64,000 nt of DNA from Octopus vulgaris. Lineage: Eukaryota. Positions 39,827-53,017 of the stretch are shown here, piece after piece (position 1 is the first letter of the stretch; each line of letters begins with the position of its first letter). The notes below the pieces were generated by a model. It saw only the letters and a program-made list of their open reading frames with translations, did not search any database and was not told where the DNA came from. Made by a program: the position numbers and the translations under genes. The DNA lies in the NCBI GenBank assembly GCA_951406725.2, contig OX597817.1:12090001-12154000 (forward strand), written 5' to 3'.

Positions 39827-39948
39827 CTGTCTTCAGCAATACCAAGATCGATAGTCTTGAAACCATGTTCCTTCATTAAAGATATTAACGTTATGCGGTT
39901 GCTGTCACGCACTTCTCCATGTTCAAGCACATCACCAGGGTCAACAAG
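39827..39948 (-). CDS. GPHN: Gephyrin internal exon (E domain), 122 nt, phase 0 to 2
   Basis: Manual translation LVDPGDVLEHGEVRDSNRITLISLMKEHGFKTIDLGIAED(S) matches gephyrin [40 protein letters not shown]; acceptor ttctag, donor gtaatg. Confidence 0.95.
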
Positions 39949-40905
39949 CTAGAAGAAAATAAATAACATAATAAATTTTAAAAAAAACACAAGCACTATA
40001 TATTCGCTCTTCACTTGTTTATTGTCGTTCTTGTTTTATCTTATGTCCATTGTCTGGAAATTTTTCATCACACACCTGTGACCTCTTCAAAAACTCTTCT
40101 ATCCCACATGTATCCTCTTGTCCTGTTGAGTGCACTCTCTGTATCCTCCTGTTCTGTTTAGTCGATTCTTTGTATTCTCCTATTCTGTTTAGTCCATGAG
40201 AATGGATAATAAATGTTATCTCCAGAGAACAACAGTATTAATGAATTATGATAGGGTATTTTCAATTGATTAATTTCCCATTCTGAACAGTGTTTAATCC
40301 TGCTTTAGGTGCTCAGCTGAAGTCATTCCACTCAACTTATGTCACAAATACTTGTAGAAAAGACCAGGTATTTACAATACCAATATAGTTCCTAAATACA
40401 GCTTACCTTCTTTATTTAAAAAATGCATCAAGAAATTACTGTAAGTTATGATTAGTATCACAGCAAACTAACCCAGAAAAAGTACTTTCAGGTGCTTAAA
40501 GCTTTTCAGGCTCTCTCAGACTGGAGAGTGGGATGTCTCTGACAATAAGTTTGCTTGACAAGGGCTGATAAGGAGCTAAATAACAACAGATGTATTGTAG
40601 CAGAAGTATAGTAGTTTCTGTAAAAAAGGAAACAGCATTTCAGGGAGCTGACCCTTTATGTAACAACAAAGAATTTCTCAATCCACACACTTGATACATT
40701 CAAGTGTGTGGTGTTGCATGGTAGCTTGCATCAATAAGGCTAGGTATGTATTGATAATACGGATTTGATTTATTGGTTTTCTTCTAAATTCTGCAGGTTG
40801 GTGGCTGTTAGAGGCATGTAGATAGGAAGGGAGTTACAGTTATAAGAGAAAAAAAGCAATACGAAGAATTTACCATAGTAAAAGTTGGACAGACATAACA
40901 GGGGT

Positions 40906-40988
40906 GACAAGAAAAGGAGAGTAATAGACAAGAAAAGGAGAGTAATAGACAATAAAAGGAGAGCAATAGACAAGAAAAGGAGAGTAAT
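40906..40988. repeat. 21-bp minisatellite x4 (gacaagaaaaggagagtaata)
   Basis: Directly visible. Confidence 0.9.
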
Positions 40989-41136
40989 GCATGTAATGGA
41001 TGGATTTAAGTAGGGATGGTCCACAGTAGTAAAGACCAGAAAGGCAGAGGACATTTGAGTAGTAATAACAGTAGTGGTAGGCTGGTTGGCAGACTAAATG
41101 GTCATCGGTTAGTTTGAAGGAAATAGAATTTGGCCC

Positions 41137-41460
41137 ATCATCATCATCATCATCGTTTAACGTCCGTTTTCCATGCTAGCATGGGTTGGACGGTTCAACT
41201 GGGGTCTGGGAAGCCAGAAGGCTGCGTCAGGCTCCAGTCTGATCTGGCAGTGTTTCTACAGCTGGATGCCCTTCCTAATGCCAACCACTCCGAGAGTGTA
41301 GTGGGTGATTTTTACGTGACACCGGCACAGGTGCCAGAAAAGGCTGGCAAACGGCCACGATTGGATGGTGCTTTTTACGTGCCACCGGCACTGGTATCTC
41401 AGCTACAATTTCCATTGATGTTGAAAGATTTCGATTTCGATTTTCACTTTCCTCAAAGCA
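41137..41460 (-). mobile_element. RTE 3'-UTR fragment
   Basis: (ATC)n then cgtttaacgtccgttttccatgctagcatggg, the reverse complement of the family tail. Confidence 0.8.
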
Positions 41461-41651
41461 GGTAAAAGGCCCAACAATGTTCAAAGTTCAAAGCTATGTT
41501 TTTTGGGGTTTTTTTTCTTTCCTTCAGCTCACTGGTGCTTCTCACTAATCCCTAACCCTGTTTTACTAGTTACAACAGCTTCAATGGTAGCACCAGTACC
41601 AACGACATGACAACCAGCACTACTACAACTTATACTACAAACAGCATCATA

Positions 41652-42186
41652 GGTGCAAGAGTGGCTGTGTGGTAAGTAGCTTGTTTACCAACCACATGGT
41701 TCCGGGTTCAGTCCCACTGCGTGGCACCTTGGGCAAGTGTCTTCTACTATAGCCTCGGGCCGACCAAAGCCTTGTGAGTGGATTTGGTAGACGGAAACTG
41801 AAGGAAGCCCATCAATCCACATGGTTCCGGGTTCAATCCCACTGCGTGGCACCTTGGGCAAGTGTCTTCTACTATAGCCTCGGGCCGACCAAAGCCTTGT
41901 GAGTGGATTTGGTAGACGGAAACTGAAGGAAGCCCATCGTATATATGTATATATATATATATGCGTGTGTGTGTTTGTGTGTCTGTGTTTGTTCCCCTAG
42001 CATTGCTTGACAACCGATGCTGGTGTGTTTACGTCCCCGTTACTTAGCGGTTCAGCAAAAGAGACCGATAGAATAAGTACTGGGCTTACAAAAGAATAAG
42101 TCCCGAGGTCGAGTTGCTCGATTAAAGGCGGTGCTCCAGCATGGCCGCAGTCAAATGACTGAAACAAGTAAAAGAGAGTAAAAGAA
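41652..42186 (+). mobile_element. SINE family A with ~120-bp internal duplication
   Basis: ccacatggttcc...gaagcccatc occurs twice (~41692-41813 and ~41817-41938). Confidence 0.9.
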
Positions 42187-42904
42187 TATAATGTACCCCA
42201 TCATCTACACTCATCAACACTACCACCACCAACAAACCAACACCAATACTTCCACCACCACCACCACCACCACCTCCATCGTCATTACTACCTACAACAA
42301 CAATTTCCGCATGACTGCTAAATATACTTTGTACACTTAGTAAACTTGTAGTCAGAGTTGTTTACATCTTTATCATCTCAACACATTCTGTTAATTTCTA
42401 GCATCATTTTAGAATTTCTAGACTAGGTTTCATGGAGAGGGGACCCTTTATCAGCTTTTATCATCATCATCATCATCATCATCATCAATATTATTATTAT
42501 TATTTAATTTTGGTTTCTTTGTTCTGCCTGCACCCTCTCTCGTACATTTCCTACCTACATACTGCTTTCATCTTTTTGAACACATGCACAACCACACACA
42601 CACACATATATATATACAAAGCACACAAACTCATACATTTGCACAAAAATCATTCACATCTGTTCATTATAAAACAAAGTTGCATAAAAGATGTCAAAAT
42701 TTAAAGAAAAATATTTTAAAGGCAATAGCTTTGAATATACACGTGTATATATATATATCTATGCATATATACATACACACATATACATGCATATTTGTAC
42801 ACATGTACCTATTCACATACATATAAATAAACATACACTTATGTATGTAGGCGTATATATGTGTGCATGAGTACAGATAAATATACATATTAATATATAT
42901 ACAT

Positions 42905-43225
42905 GACTGGCCTCCGTGCCGGTGGCACGTAAAAAGCACCATCCGATCGTGGCCATTGCCAGCCTTGCCTGGCCCCCTTGCCAGTGGCACGTAAAAAGCA
43001 CCATCCGTCCGTGGCCGTTTGCCAGCCTCGTCTGGCACCTGTGCGGGTGGCATGTAAAAAGCACCCACTACACTCATGGAGTGGTTGGCATTAGGAAGGG
43101 CATCCAGCTGTAGAAACACTGCCAGATCAGACTGGGCCTGGTGCAGCCTTCTGGCTTCCCAGACCCCAGTAGAACTGCCCAACCCATGCTAGCATGGAAA
43201 GCGGATATTAAATGATGATGATGAT
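42905..43225 (+). mobile_element. RTE 3'-UTR fragment
   Basis: Near-identical to 34219-34528. Confidence 0.8.
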
Positions 43226-43625
43226 ATAAACACACACTCAAACTCAAATATATTTACGCTCTATGATTGTTCAAAGTATATATTTGTGCATATATATTAT
43301 TAGTGTAGCTCATTCAGCGGTGGTGTCCCAGCATGGCTGTGCCCTTCAGGCTAAAACATTTTTAAGGATTTAAGGATAGTCAAACAGGAAAATAAAGAGG
43401 AAGAAAGACAGTGAGTATGAAATATTCATCAGCATAATTATAACTTTATAACTTAACATCATATAGCTGGGCTCTCATTATTAACCTAACATCCTTCAAT
43501 GTTATCTCAAAGTAGAGAGAATCTCGCAAATCTCAGACAAGTTTAGAAATAAATATTTACATTTTTGAAATTCTTAAATGAAAGAATGAACCTAGAGAGC
43601 TACAATTATTCAAATAGAATATCTC

Positions 43626-43832
43626 TTTTACTCTTTTACTTGTTTCAGTCATTTGACTGCGGCCATGCTGGAGCACCGCCTTTAATCAAGCAACTCGACC
43701 CCGGGACTTATTCTTTTGTAAGCCCAGTACTTATTCTATCGATACCTTTTGCCGAACCACTAAGTAATGGGGACATAAACACACCAGCATCGGTTGTCAA
43801 GCAATGCTAGGGGGACAAACACAGACACACAA

Positions 43833-43881
<49 letters not shown>

Positions 43882-44044
43882 TACGACAGGCTTCTTTCAG
43901 TTTCCGTCTACCAAATCCACTCACAAGGCTTTGGTCGGCCCGAGGCTATAGTAGAAGACACTTGCCCAAGGTGCCACGCAGTGGGACTGAACCTGGAACC
44001 ATGTGGTTGGTAAACAAGCTACTTACCACACAGCCACTCCTGCG
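43626..44044 (-). mobile_element. SINE family A
   Basis: Family consensus. Confidence 0.9.
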
Positions 44045-44434
44045 TTGTGTACATTTAATTAGAATGGACACAGACAAACATAACAAAGAGAAAGAAACAC
44101 TTTCAAGCATTTAGTGGAAAATTCTAAAAATCAGACATTGATTTACATCATCATTATCATAATTTCATTTCCGTTTTTCAATGCTGGCATGGGTTTGAAG
44201 GATTTCATGGTGTCTTGTCATTAGTTGTAGTCCCTCATACGATAACCAGTTAACTCTGTTACTTTCTTTTCTTTCCTTTTTAAAGCAACCCTTTTCTTAC
44301 ATGGTTGGATATATTTCAGTGCACCACTCATTGAAGACGTCACCTCTGGGGAGATATTAACTGGTAGTTTAGCTATTTACGCCCAACCACTAATCTGGTA
44401 GTATTATGTACAAGATTGGTAGTCAGGCATAAAT

Positions 44435-45675
44435 AATTGCAACACTTACAGACAAAGTAAAACTGGAGTCCGAGTCAGAAATAATTTCAAAGTTACAAGA
44501 TGAAAAGCTATTAGCAGATCCAGAAATGCAATGAATGTGTCCTGATGTCACTCTCTGCATTTCTCCAACAGATGCCTTGCAATAAAGATAATGACAATTA
44601 TCTTTTTTTAGCAGAAACTGCACTCTGACTCTTGTGCAATGATTTCTGATATTGATTCAACTAAACTAGAATATGAACTTCTCAGGAAGACACAAGAGTA
44701 CTATAGCCCTACTATTAGAGCAAATACACTTATCTCCTTTGACATCTTTATATATAAAAGAGAAGTTGTGTGTCTGTCTCTTACGATTTAGATTCCTAAC
44801 TACTCCCACATTTTGCGGTGCAGTTTAACCAAAACCGGGTATCTTATAGTCATGATTCATATCGAGCCCTTCTGGGTATTAGCGCGCAACTACGATGAGT
44901 CTACGATTTAAAAAAAAATTTACCATCATTTTTTTCCATTTTAATGCATTTTTTCGCTATTATAAGGAAGTAACTCTCTAAAAATGTCTACGATGAGTCA
45001 ACGATTTAAAAAAAAATTTACCATCATTTTTTTTTCCATTTTTAATGCATTTTTTTGCTATTTTTGACTATAACTCTCTAAAAATGCTTATATAGTTATT
45101 TCCCTTACAAACCCGAGCAACGCCTGGCGATACTGCTAGTACATCATAAGAATAAAGGAACTTCAAGTTGAAACATTCCAAAAAAAAAAGAAAAGAATTC
45201 TTTCATCTCCTTTGTTTCTGTAAATGATAATGATTTAGAATCCTCCCAATGTTAAGCTGTATACTCCTAGCTCTGTTCTTCTGCAATGCAACAATGACGT
45301 TCTTGTAAAGAAATATTTATCCTCCTTCATGATCTCTGTGCGAATAGTGTCAAGACCAGGAAGGAAATTTATTCTTTTTTTTGATTATATAAAAGCAGTG
45401 CTTTGTTCTCTGCAAGGCAATAAGATAGCATCTGGAAAGATACACTAAGAACTATAAGTTGAAGAAGCTACTTTGGGCCGCAGAAGAGAGCAAATGTCTA
45501 GTTGCAGGAGGAAAACAGTGCTAAACAACAAAGATGGGCTCAGGCTGATCACCCCGGTAGCAAGAGAGACTAAAGATAATGGAAAATACTGCATATCAAC
45601 TCTGAAAAGTTTATTACTACAGTTTCTTTTCAGGGTGTAATCTCTGAGCTTAGGTCTTTCTGGAATCATCTATAA
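44435..45675 (+). pseudogene. Possible Merlin/ISXO2-like transposase fossil split by a Helitron
   Basis: Manual translation FFDYIKAVLCSLQGNKIASGKIH*EL*VEEATLGRRR...LITPVARETK...STLKSLLLQFL / VISELRSFWNHL follows the order of ISXO2 motifs. Confidence 0.35.
44745..45139 (+). mobile_element. Non-autonomous Helitron, copy 2 (395 bp)
   Basis: Starts TC after A44744 and ends CTAG before T45140; subterminal hairpin; internal ~100-bp tandem duplication. Confidence 0.85.
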
Positions 45676-46289
45676 TGTAACAAGGCAGTGATTGATAACA
45701 GCCAGAGTGTATTCATCACTAAATTTCTTTCTCGCTCTCACACACGTGTGTAACAAGCACATACGTACACACACACATATGTACAGACCAAAAGAAACAC
45801 AACAGAAAAAATAAAATACATACACGTACATAGACAAATACATGTATATACACATACATAAACATATACTGATATATTCCCACAAAAAAACACACATACA
45901 TACATACATAAGAAAACATACTTAAATAGGAAACTAAACAGCTGGCACTTCCAAAACCTAACAGGAGAGCATTTTTTTTTTACACTGATACTGAGTTATG
46001 TTGTTTTAAATAAGCAAAGTACATTTTGCTTCTTACATACTCATACAGCTTTAGGTATTTAGAGAAGGCACATAGAAAAACATGTCAGTGGTGATTTTCC
46101 AAAGAGCATTAAGCAATGTAAGTGAAGTGAAATGACTACAACCTCAAATTAAAATATTAAAATAGGATATTATTATTTGCTCTAATATAAGAGATTAAAA
46201 TGAGAGTGTTAAGTCACTTTCAAAATGCATTAGTAATATAAGTGATCTCTGCATAATAAAAATAGCTGATATAAATGTTGGTTGGTGGG

Positions 46290-46699
46290 TTTACTCTTTT
46301 ACTCTTTTACTTGTTTCAGTCATTTGACTGCGGCTATGCTGGAGCACCGCCTTTAGTCGAGAGCAAATCGACCCCGGGACTTATTCTTTTGTAAGCCCAG
46401 TACTTATTCTATCGGTCCCTTTTGCCGAACCGCTAAATGACAGGGATGTAAACACACCAGCATCGGTTGTCAAGCAATGCTAGGGGGACAAACAAAGACA
46501 CACAAACACATACACACATATATATATACATATATACGACAGGCTTCTTTCAGTTTCCGTCTACCAAATCCACTCACAAGGCATTGGTCGGCCCGGGGCT
46601 ATAGCAGAAGACACTTGCCCAAGATGCCACGCAGTGGGACTGAACCTGGAACCATGTGGTTGGTTAGCAAGCTACTTATCACACAGCCACTCCTGCGCC
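46290..46699 (-). mobile_element. SINE family A
   Basis: Family consensus. Confidence 0.9.
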
Positions 46700-47053
46700 T
46701 ATGTTTGTTGGTTTCTCCAGCCATGCTTTACATCATATAGAGAGGTGGTGGAAAAGAGTAATAGATAGACAGGAAGAAAGTTACTGTAAGAGGTGTAAGA
46801 TGAGTGTATATATATATAAAGCTTAGTGACAGACAAAGAAAAAAGAGTGCCATACATACACAATGAGAGAGAAAGAATCAGAGACAGAGGAAGAGGAGAA
46901 GAAGCAGTAAATGACAGATTTGTTATGGGACAAAAGTTATACAAAAGAGAAATTTGTTTTATTTAACTTTAATTGTTAAGGTAATAAATATTTTTGCTTT
47001 GAAAATTAGTATACAATTAATTTGAGGTTGTAGTCATTTCACTTCACTTACAT

Positions 47054-47471
47054 AGGCGTAGGAGTGGCTGTGTGGTAAGTAGCTTGCTAACCAACCACAT
47101 GGTTCCGGGTTCAGTCCCACTGCGTGGCACCTTGGGCAAGTGTCTTCTACTATAGCCTCGGGCCGACCAAAGCATTGTGAGGGGATTTGGTAGACGGAAA
47201 CTGAAAGAAGCCCATCGTATATATGTATATATATATATATGTATGTGTGTGTATATGTTTGTGTGTCTGTGTTTGTTTCCCCCAACATCGCTTGACAACC
47301 GATGCTGGTGTGTTTGCATCCCCGTCACTTAGCGGTTCGGCAAAAGAGAACCGATAGAATAAGTACTAGGCTTACAAAGAATAAGTCCTGGGGTCGATTT
47401 GCTCGACTAAAGGCGGTGCTCCAGCATGGCCACAGTCAAATGACTGAAACAAGTAAAAGAGTAAAAGAGTA
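47054..47471 (+). mobile_element. SINE family A
   Basis: Family consensus. Confidence 0.9.
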
Positions 47472-47718
47472 TACATTTCATCATTTTGTATAATTCAATA
47501 GTTAAGTATTGTATGCATGCCATATTTCCTGATATTACCCCATGGTGGCATAAAAATACTTCCAAAGTTATTCATCATATGATGGGTAGCATTCTAATAC
47601 ATACATACATACATATAAAGGATGACAGCTCCTCATACAAACATATAATTCATCCATTTGTGAGATAGAATTGATAAGGATGTTTTTCAAAACAGAAAAA
47701 TGTTCTATATTCAATGTA

Positions 47719-47953
47719 GGCGGCGAGCTGGCAGAAACGTTAGCCCGCCGGGCGAAATGCGTTGCCGTATTTCGTCTGCTCTTACGTTCCGAGTTCAAAT
47801 TCCGCCGAGGTCGACTTTGCCTTTCATCCTTCCGGGGTCGATAAATTAAGTACCAGTTACGCACTGGGGTCGATGTAATCGACTTAATCCGTTTGTCTGT
47901 CCTTGTTTGTCTCCTCTGTGTTTAGCCCCTTGTGGGTAGTAAAAAAAAAAATA
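47719..47953 (+). mobile_element. SINE family B
   Basis: TSD tatattcaatgta(g) on both sides. Confidence 0.9.
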
Positions 47954-48014
47954 TATATTCAATGTAGATAATAATGGGTAAAATAACGATTAAGTACACT
48001 AATAATCCTATTAT

Positions 48015-48320
48015 GGAGACGCAATGGCCTAGTGGTTAGGGTAGCGGACTCGCGGTCGAAGGATCGCAGTTTCGATTCCCAGACCGGGCGTTGTCAGTGT
48101 TTATTGAGCAAAAACACCTAAAAAAGCTCCACGAGGCTCCGGCAGGGGGTAGCGATCCCTGCTGTACTCTTTCACCACAACTTTCTCTCTCTCTTTCTTC
48201 TGTTGGCCTGCTCGCTTAGCCAGTGGGCTGGCATCATTCGAAGGCTAAAACAATGCAAACGCATTGTGACCAGTGATGTGTAACAACATCTGATGGTCTG
48301 GTCGGTCACATGATCACGTG
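48015..48320 (+). mobile_element. SINE family C, tail type 2
   Basis: 14-bp TSD aataatcctattat at 48001-48014 and 48321-48334; tail ends tgatcacgtg. Confidence 0.88.
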
Positions 48321-49086
48321 AATAATCCTATTATACTCGACTGATGCTCTGGAACCTCAATGCCAGATACAACTTGTTTGGATATTAGAATCCAATAAAA
48401 CACATTAATCATTAATAATTAGGGCCTTTTGCAACCATATGAAAAAATTAGTCATAATAATTAGTACAGCTTGGTAACTGTTAATATACAAGTTACTCAA
48501 CCAACTGCAATGCTCACATCCAGAGATTAATAGTGTGAAATAAAATAAGAGCTCTAACTCAACCTTAACCTGCAATTAACCCCATGCTATTAGGTGGTGT
48601 GAATGAAGTAAAAATATAACAGATTAATTAAAAATTTGCAAAGTTCTTTTTTTTTTTTCTTGTTTTCAGCCTTCTTCTTTTCTTTACTGAGGAATATGAT
48701 ACAGTTATGGTCAATTATATCACTTCCGTTTTCCGTTGAATTTTTTTTCCCACTCTTTTTTGGTGCACGTGAACAAAACTGAAACACATGCACTCAATGT
48801 ATGCTGGGTTTTATAACATGCAGGTCTATGTGCATTAGTGAAATTAACAGTGATTTTGCAGTTAACAAGCACAGCTTCCTTGTCGTTTTGTCTCATATTT
48901 CCAAGCTACAAAGGGTTAAGCAGGAAAAAGAAATCTAGAGATTTTACACTGATTTAAACTATACATTATGCCCTGCCAACCTACAAAGTCAGCTTGACTG
49001 TGTAAAGAAAATAAAAGTGAACTGAACGAAAGTAAAAGAATGAAACAGAGCTAAAGCATGAGTACATGATCATACTGGATGGTCGT

Positions 49087-49467
49087 GGAGGCGCAATGGC
49101 CCAGTGGTTAGGACAGCGGACTCGCGGTCATAGGATTGCAGTTTCGATTCCCAGACCGGGCGTTGTGAGTGTTTATTGAGCGAAAACACCTAAAGCTCCA
49201 CGAGGCTCCGGCAGGGGATGGTGGTGATTCCTGCTGTACTCTTTCACCACAACTTTCTCTCACTCTTTCTTCCTGTTTCTGTTGTACCTGTATTTCAAAG
49301 GGCCGGCCTTGTCACTCTCTGTGTCACGCTGAATATCCCTGAGAACTACGTTAAGGGTGCACGTGTCTGTGGAGTGCTCAGCCACTTACACGTTAATTTC
49401 ACGAGCAGGCTGTTCTGTTGATCGGATCAACCGGAACCCTCGTCGTCGTAACCGATGGAGTGCTTCC
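49087..49467 (+). mobile_element. SINE family C, tail type 3
   Basis: TSD actggatggtcgt / actggatggtagt. Confidence 0.88.
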
Positions 49468-49731
49468 ACTGGATGGTAGTCAGAAACTGTATGGAAGCCC
49501 ATAATGGAAATCATCATTACCATTTTAATGCCCACTTTTCCATGGGTCAGATGGAATTTGCTGAGGTAGATTTTTAAAACCAGAAGCCATTCATGTTGCC
49601 AACCCGCAACTGTTTCTAAGTAAAGTAATATATGTCTCCATGGGCCACATCAGGCTCCATATGTCTTCTCTGGCATTGTTCCTATGGCTGGATGCCCTTC
49701 CTAATGTCAACCTCTTTACAGAGTGATGTCA

Positions 49732-49786
<55 letters not shown>

Positions 49787-50009
49787 GGCTACTCAACCTG
49801 AAGAAAATTCTAACTGGGCCCCACCTGCAAGGTCATGCACTGTTAATCTTGATATGAGATCACCATGTCGCGCACATATGGTTGTGATGCATGTGCCTGG
49901 TGTACCCTTATCAGATGGGTATTGGGCTTTGTATATTTTACCCCAGTGTCACTTTGATGGCATGAACTGCTCTCTCACTCAATAATAATAATAATAATAA
50001 TAATAATAA

Positions 50010-51560
50010 TCATCATTTAATGTCCACTTTCCATGCTGGCATGGGTTAGCTAGTTTGACTGGAACTGATAAACTGGAGTTGTACCAGGTTCCAATCTGAT
50101 TTGGCATGGTTTCTATGGCTGGATGTCCTTCCTAATGCCAACCACTCTGAGAGTGCAATGGGTGTCTTTTATGAGTAACAGTGTGGGTGCCATTTACAAG
50201 ACACCAGCAACAGCCATGACTATCATTCCACAGGTGATATTTCATGATACTGGCAACAGTCACAACTATGACTTCATTTGGTTTTATTGTGTGTTCTCAG
50301 GCACGGTATATCATGAAAGGTCTCAGTCAGGCATAGGATTTCACTTGCTTGATGTGTCTTCTCAAGCACAGCTTATCGCCAAAGGTCTTCATCACAGGTC
50401 ATCACCTGCATTAGGTGCAACATTTGAAGATCATGCTTCACCACCTCATCCCATTGTCTTCCTCTTCCACAGGTTCCCTTCACAGTTAGAGCTCAGCATT
50501 TCTTTATACAGCTGTCCTTGTCCACATGCATCACATGACCATACCAGCATATTTGTCTCCCTCGCATACCATATCAGATGCTTCTTATGCCCAGTTTTTC
50601 TCTCAAGACGTTTATGCTCTGTCATACAGGCACACTGACATTGCCCATTCAGCAAAGTATCTTCTTTCGCCCTTTTCAAGCCTAGCCAGGCTCATGAGCC
50701 CGGTTCCCCGCTTTCTGTGGCGTATGTGTCCCCCCCCCCAGCTGGACGGGACGCCAGTCCATCGCAGCGTTACTCAAGAAACAGGAAGAGAGAGTGAGAG
50801 AAAGTTGTGGCAAAAGAGTACAACAGGGGTCGCCACCACACCCTGCCGGAGCCTCATGGGGCTTTTAGGTGTTTTCACTCAATAAACACACACAACGCCC
50901 AGTCTGGGAATCGAAACCACGATCCTCGGACTGTGAGTCCGCTGCCCTAACCACTGGGCCATTGCGCCTCGACCCAGCAAAGCATGCTGGTTTAATTTCT
51001 TTCAAGCCATCACATGTCCTCTGCAGTAACAGCCCATGTTTCACTGCCATGGAGCACAGCTGTTCATACACAGGCATCTTACAGTCTGCCTTCTATTCTG
51101 AGGGAGAGACCTTTTGCTACCAACAGAAGTAGAAGCTCTCTCAACTTTGCCCTGCCTATTCTTATTCTCGCAGCTACACTCTTGGAGCATCCACACCCAC
51201 TACTAACTTGGTTACCTAGGTAATGGAAACTATCAACTACTAGTTTTCCCCACTGGCATTTGATGGAGTCCAAAAGACTATTTTCGCTGTTAACCTTCCT
51301 CTGATATTGCTGCACCTCTTATGTGTCCATAGCACCAAGTATATCTTATGGAGTTTCTACATATGCCTTTTCTACAGATCAAGCAGAGGCATCTACTTGA
51401 AGGGATTTGTGATTTGTCTGCTTTCCTACTTTCTAAAACTTTGGTGTTTGCTAGATTAATTCTAAGGCCATTTGATTCTAGACTTTGCTTCCACACCTGA
51501 AATTTCTTCTCTAGTTCTGGAAGTGATTTGACTATGAGAACAAGGACATCAACATTATAT
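50010..51560 (-). mobile_element. RTE-clade LINE, 5'-truncated and decayed, interrupted by a SINE
   Basis: WKQSLESNGLRINLANTKVL and VDSFHYLGNQVSSGCGCSKSVAARIRIG...GLSLRIEGRL; 3' UTR ends catggaaagtggacattaaatgatgat. Confidence 0.88.
50661..50974 (-). mobile_element. SINE family C, tail type 1, nested in the RTE LINE
   Basis: TSD cagcaaagtat / cagcaaagcat splits the RTE ORF. Confidence 0.88.
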
Positions 51561-51990
51561 ACTCTCTACTCTTTTACTTGTTTCAGTCATTTTGACTGCG
51601 GCCATGCTTGAGCACCACCTTTAGTCAAGCAAATCGACCCCGGGACTTATTCTTTGTAAGCCTAGTACTTATTCTATCAGTCTCTTTTGCCGATCCGCTA
51701 AGTGACGGGGACGTAAACACACCAGCATCGGTTGTCAAGCAATGCTAGGGGGACAAACACAGACACACAAACACAGACACACAAACACACACACACATAC
51801 ACATATATATATATATATACATATATACGACAGGCTTCTTTCAGTTTCTGTCTACCAAATCCACTCACAAGGCATTGGTCGGCCTGGGTCTATAGCAGAA
51901 GACACTTGCCCAAGATGCCACGCAGTGGGACTGAACCCGGAACCATGTGGTTGGTTAGCAAGCTACTTACCACACAGCCACTCCTGCACC
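51561..51990 (-). mobile_element. SINE family A
   Basis: Family consensus; abuts the 5' end of the RTE fragment. Confidence 0.9.
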
Positions 51991-52147
51991 TATATATATA
52001 AAAAAAAATAATAAAGTGAAATAACAGCGTCATAATAAACCAACAAAAGTATCCTTCCCTGAAATTAAATTCTATTATCTTAATAAAAGAAAGCTAATAC
52101 CAGATAATGTTGTCCTAGCTACACAGTGTCTGAAAGAAAGGCGATAT

Positions 52148-52364
52148 TCTTTTATTCGTTTATTTATTTCAGTCATTTGACAGCGGCCAAGCTGGAGTAC
52201 CACCTTTTAGTTGAACAAATCAACCCCAGGATTTACTCTTTGTAAGCCTAGTACTTATTCTATCAGTCTCTTTTGCTGAACAGCTAAGTTATGGGGACGT
52301 AAACACACCAGCATCAGTTGTTAAGAGATTGTGTGGTGGGGAACAAACACAGATACACAAACAT

Positions 52365-52414
<50 letters not shown>

Positions 52415-52565
52415 GACAGGCTTCTTTCATTTTCCATCTACCAAACCCATTCACAAGGCTTTGGTTGGCTTGAAGCTATAGTAGAAGACACATGCCCAAG
52501 TGGGACTGAACCCAGAACCATGTGGTTGGTAAGCAAGTTACTTACCAGATAGCAACTCCTGCACC
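52148..52565 (-). mobile_element. SINE family A, older diverged copy
   Basis: Family consensus with many CpG to TpG/CpA changes. Confidence 0.85.
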
Positions 52566-52754
52566 TTGTTCATGGCTAGAATGTTTTTTATTATAGGTCA
52601 CTTCAACTTGAATTGTCCTGGCACTAAACAAAACAAGTTTCATGAGCCACTGCAGGAAAATCTTGAAAGCCCCACCCACACCACCACCATCTACCCCATT
52701 CCTTAGTATCAATGATTGTCCTTGTCTATGTATCCTGAGACAACTGGATAGGAT

Positions 52755-52986
52755 ACTCTTTTACTCTTTTACTCTTACTTGTTTCAGTCATTTGAGTGCG
52801 GCCATGCTGGAGCACCGCCTTTAATCGAGCAACTCGACCCCGGGACTTATTCTTTCGTAAGCCCAGTACTTACTCTATCGGTCTCTTTTTGCCGAACCGC
52901 TAAGTGATGGGGACATAAACACACCAGCATCGGTTGTCAAGCAATGCTAGAGGGACAAATACAGACACACAAACACACACACAAAC

Positions 52987-53017
<31 letters not shown>

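Noticed and set aside
49087-49160. tRNA-like sequences at SINE heads
   Set aside because: Followed by SINE bodies and bounded by TSDs; no complete cloverleaf, so not tRNA genes
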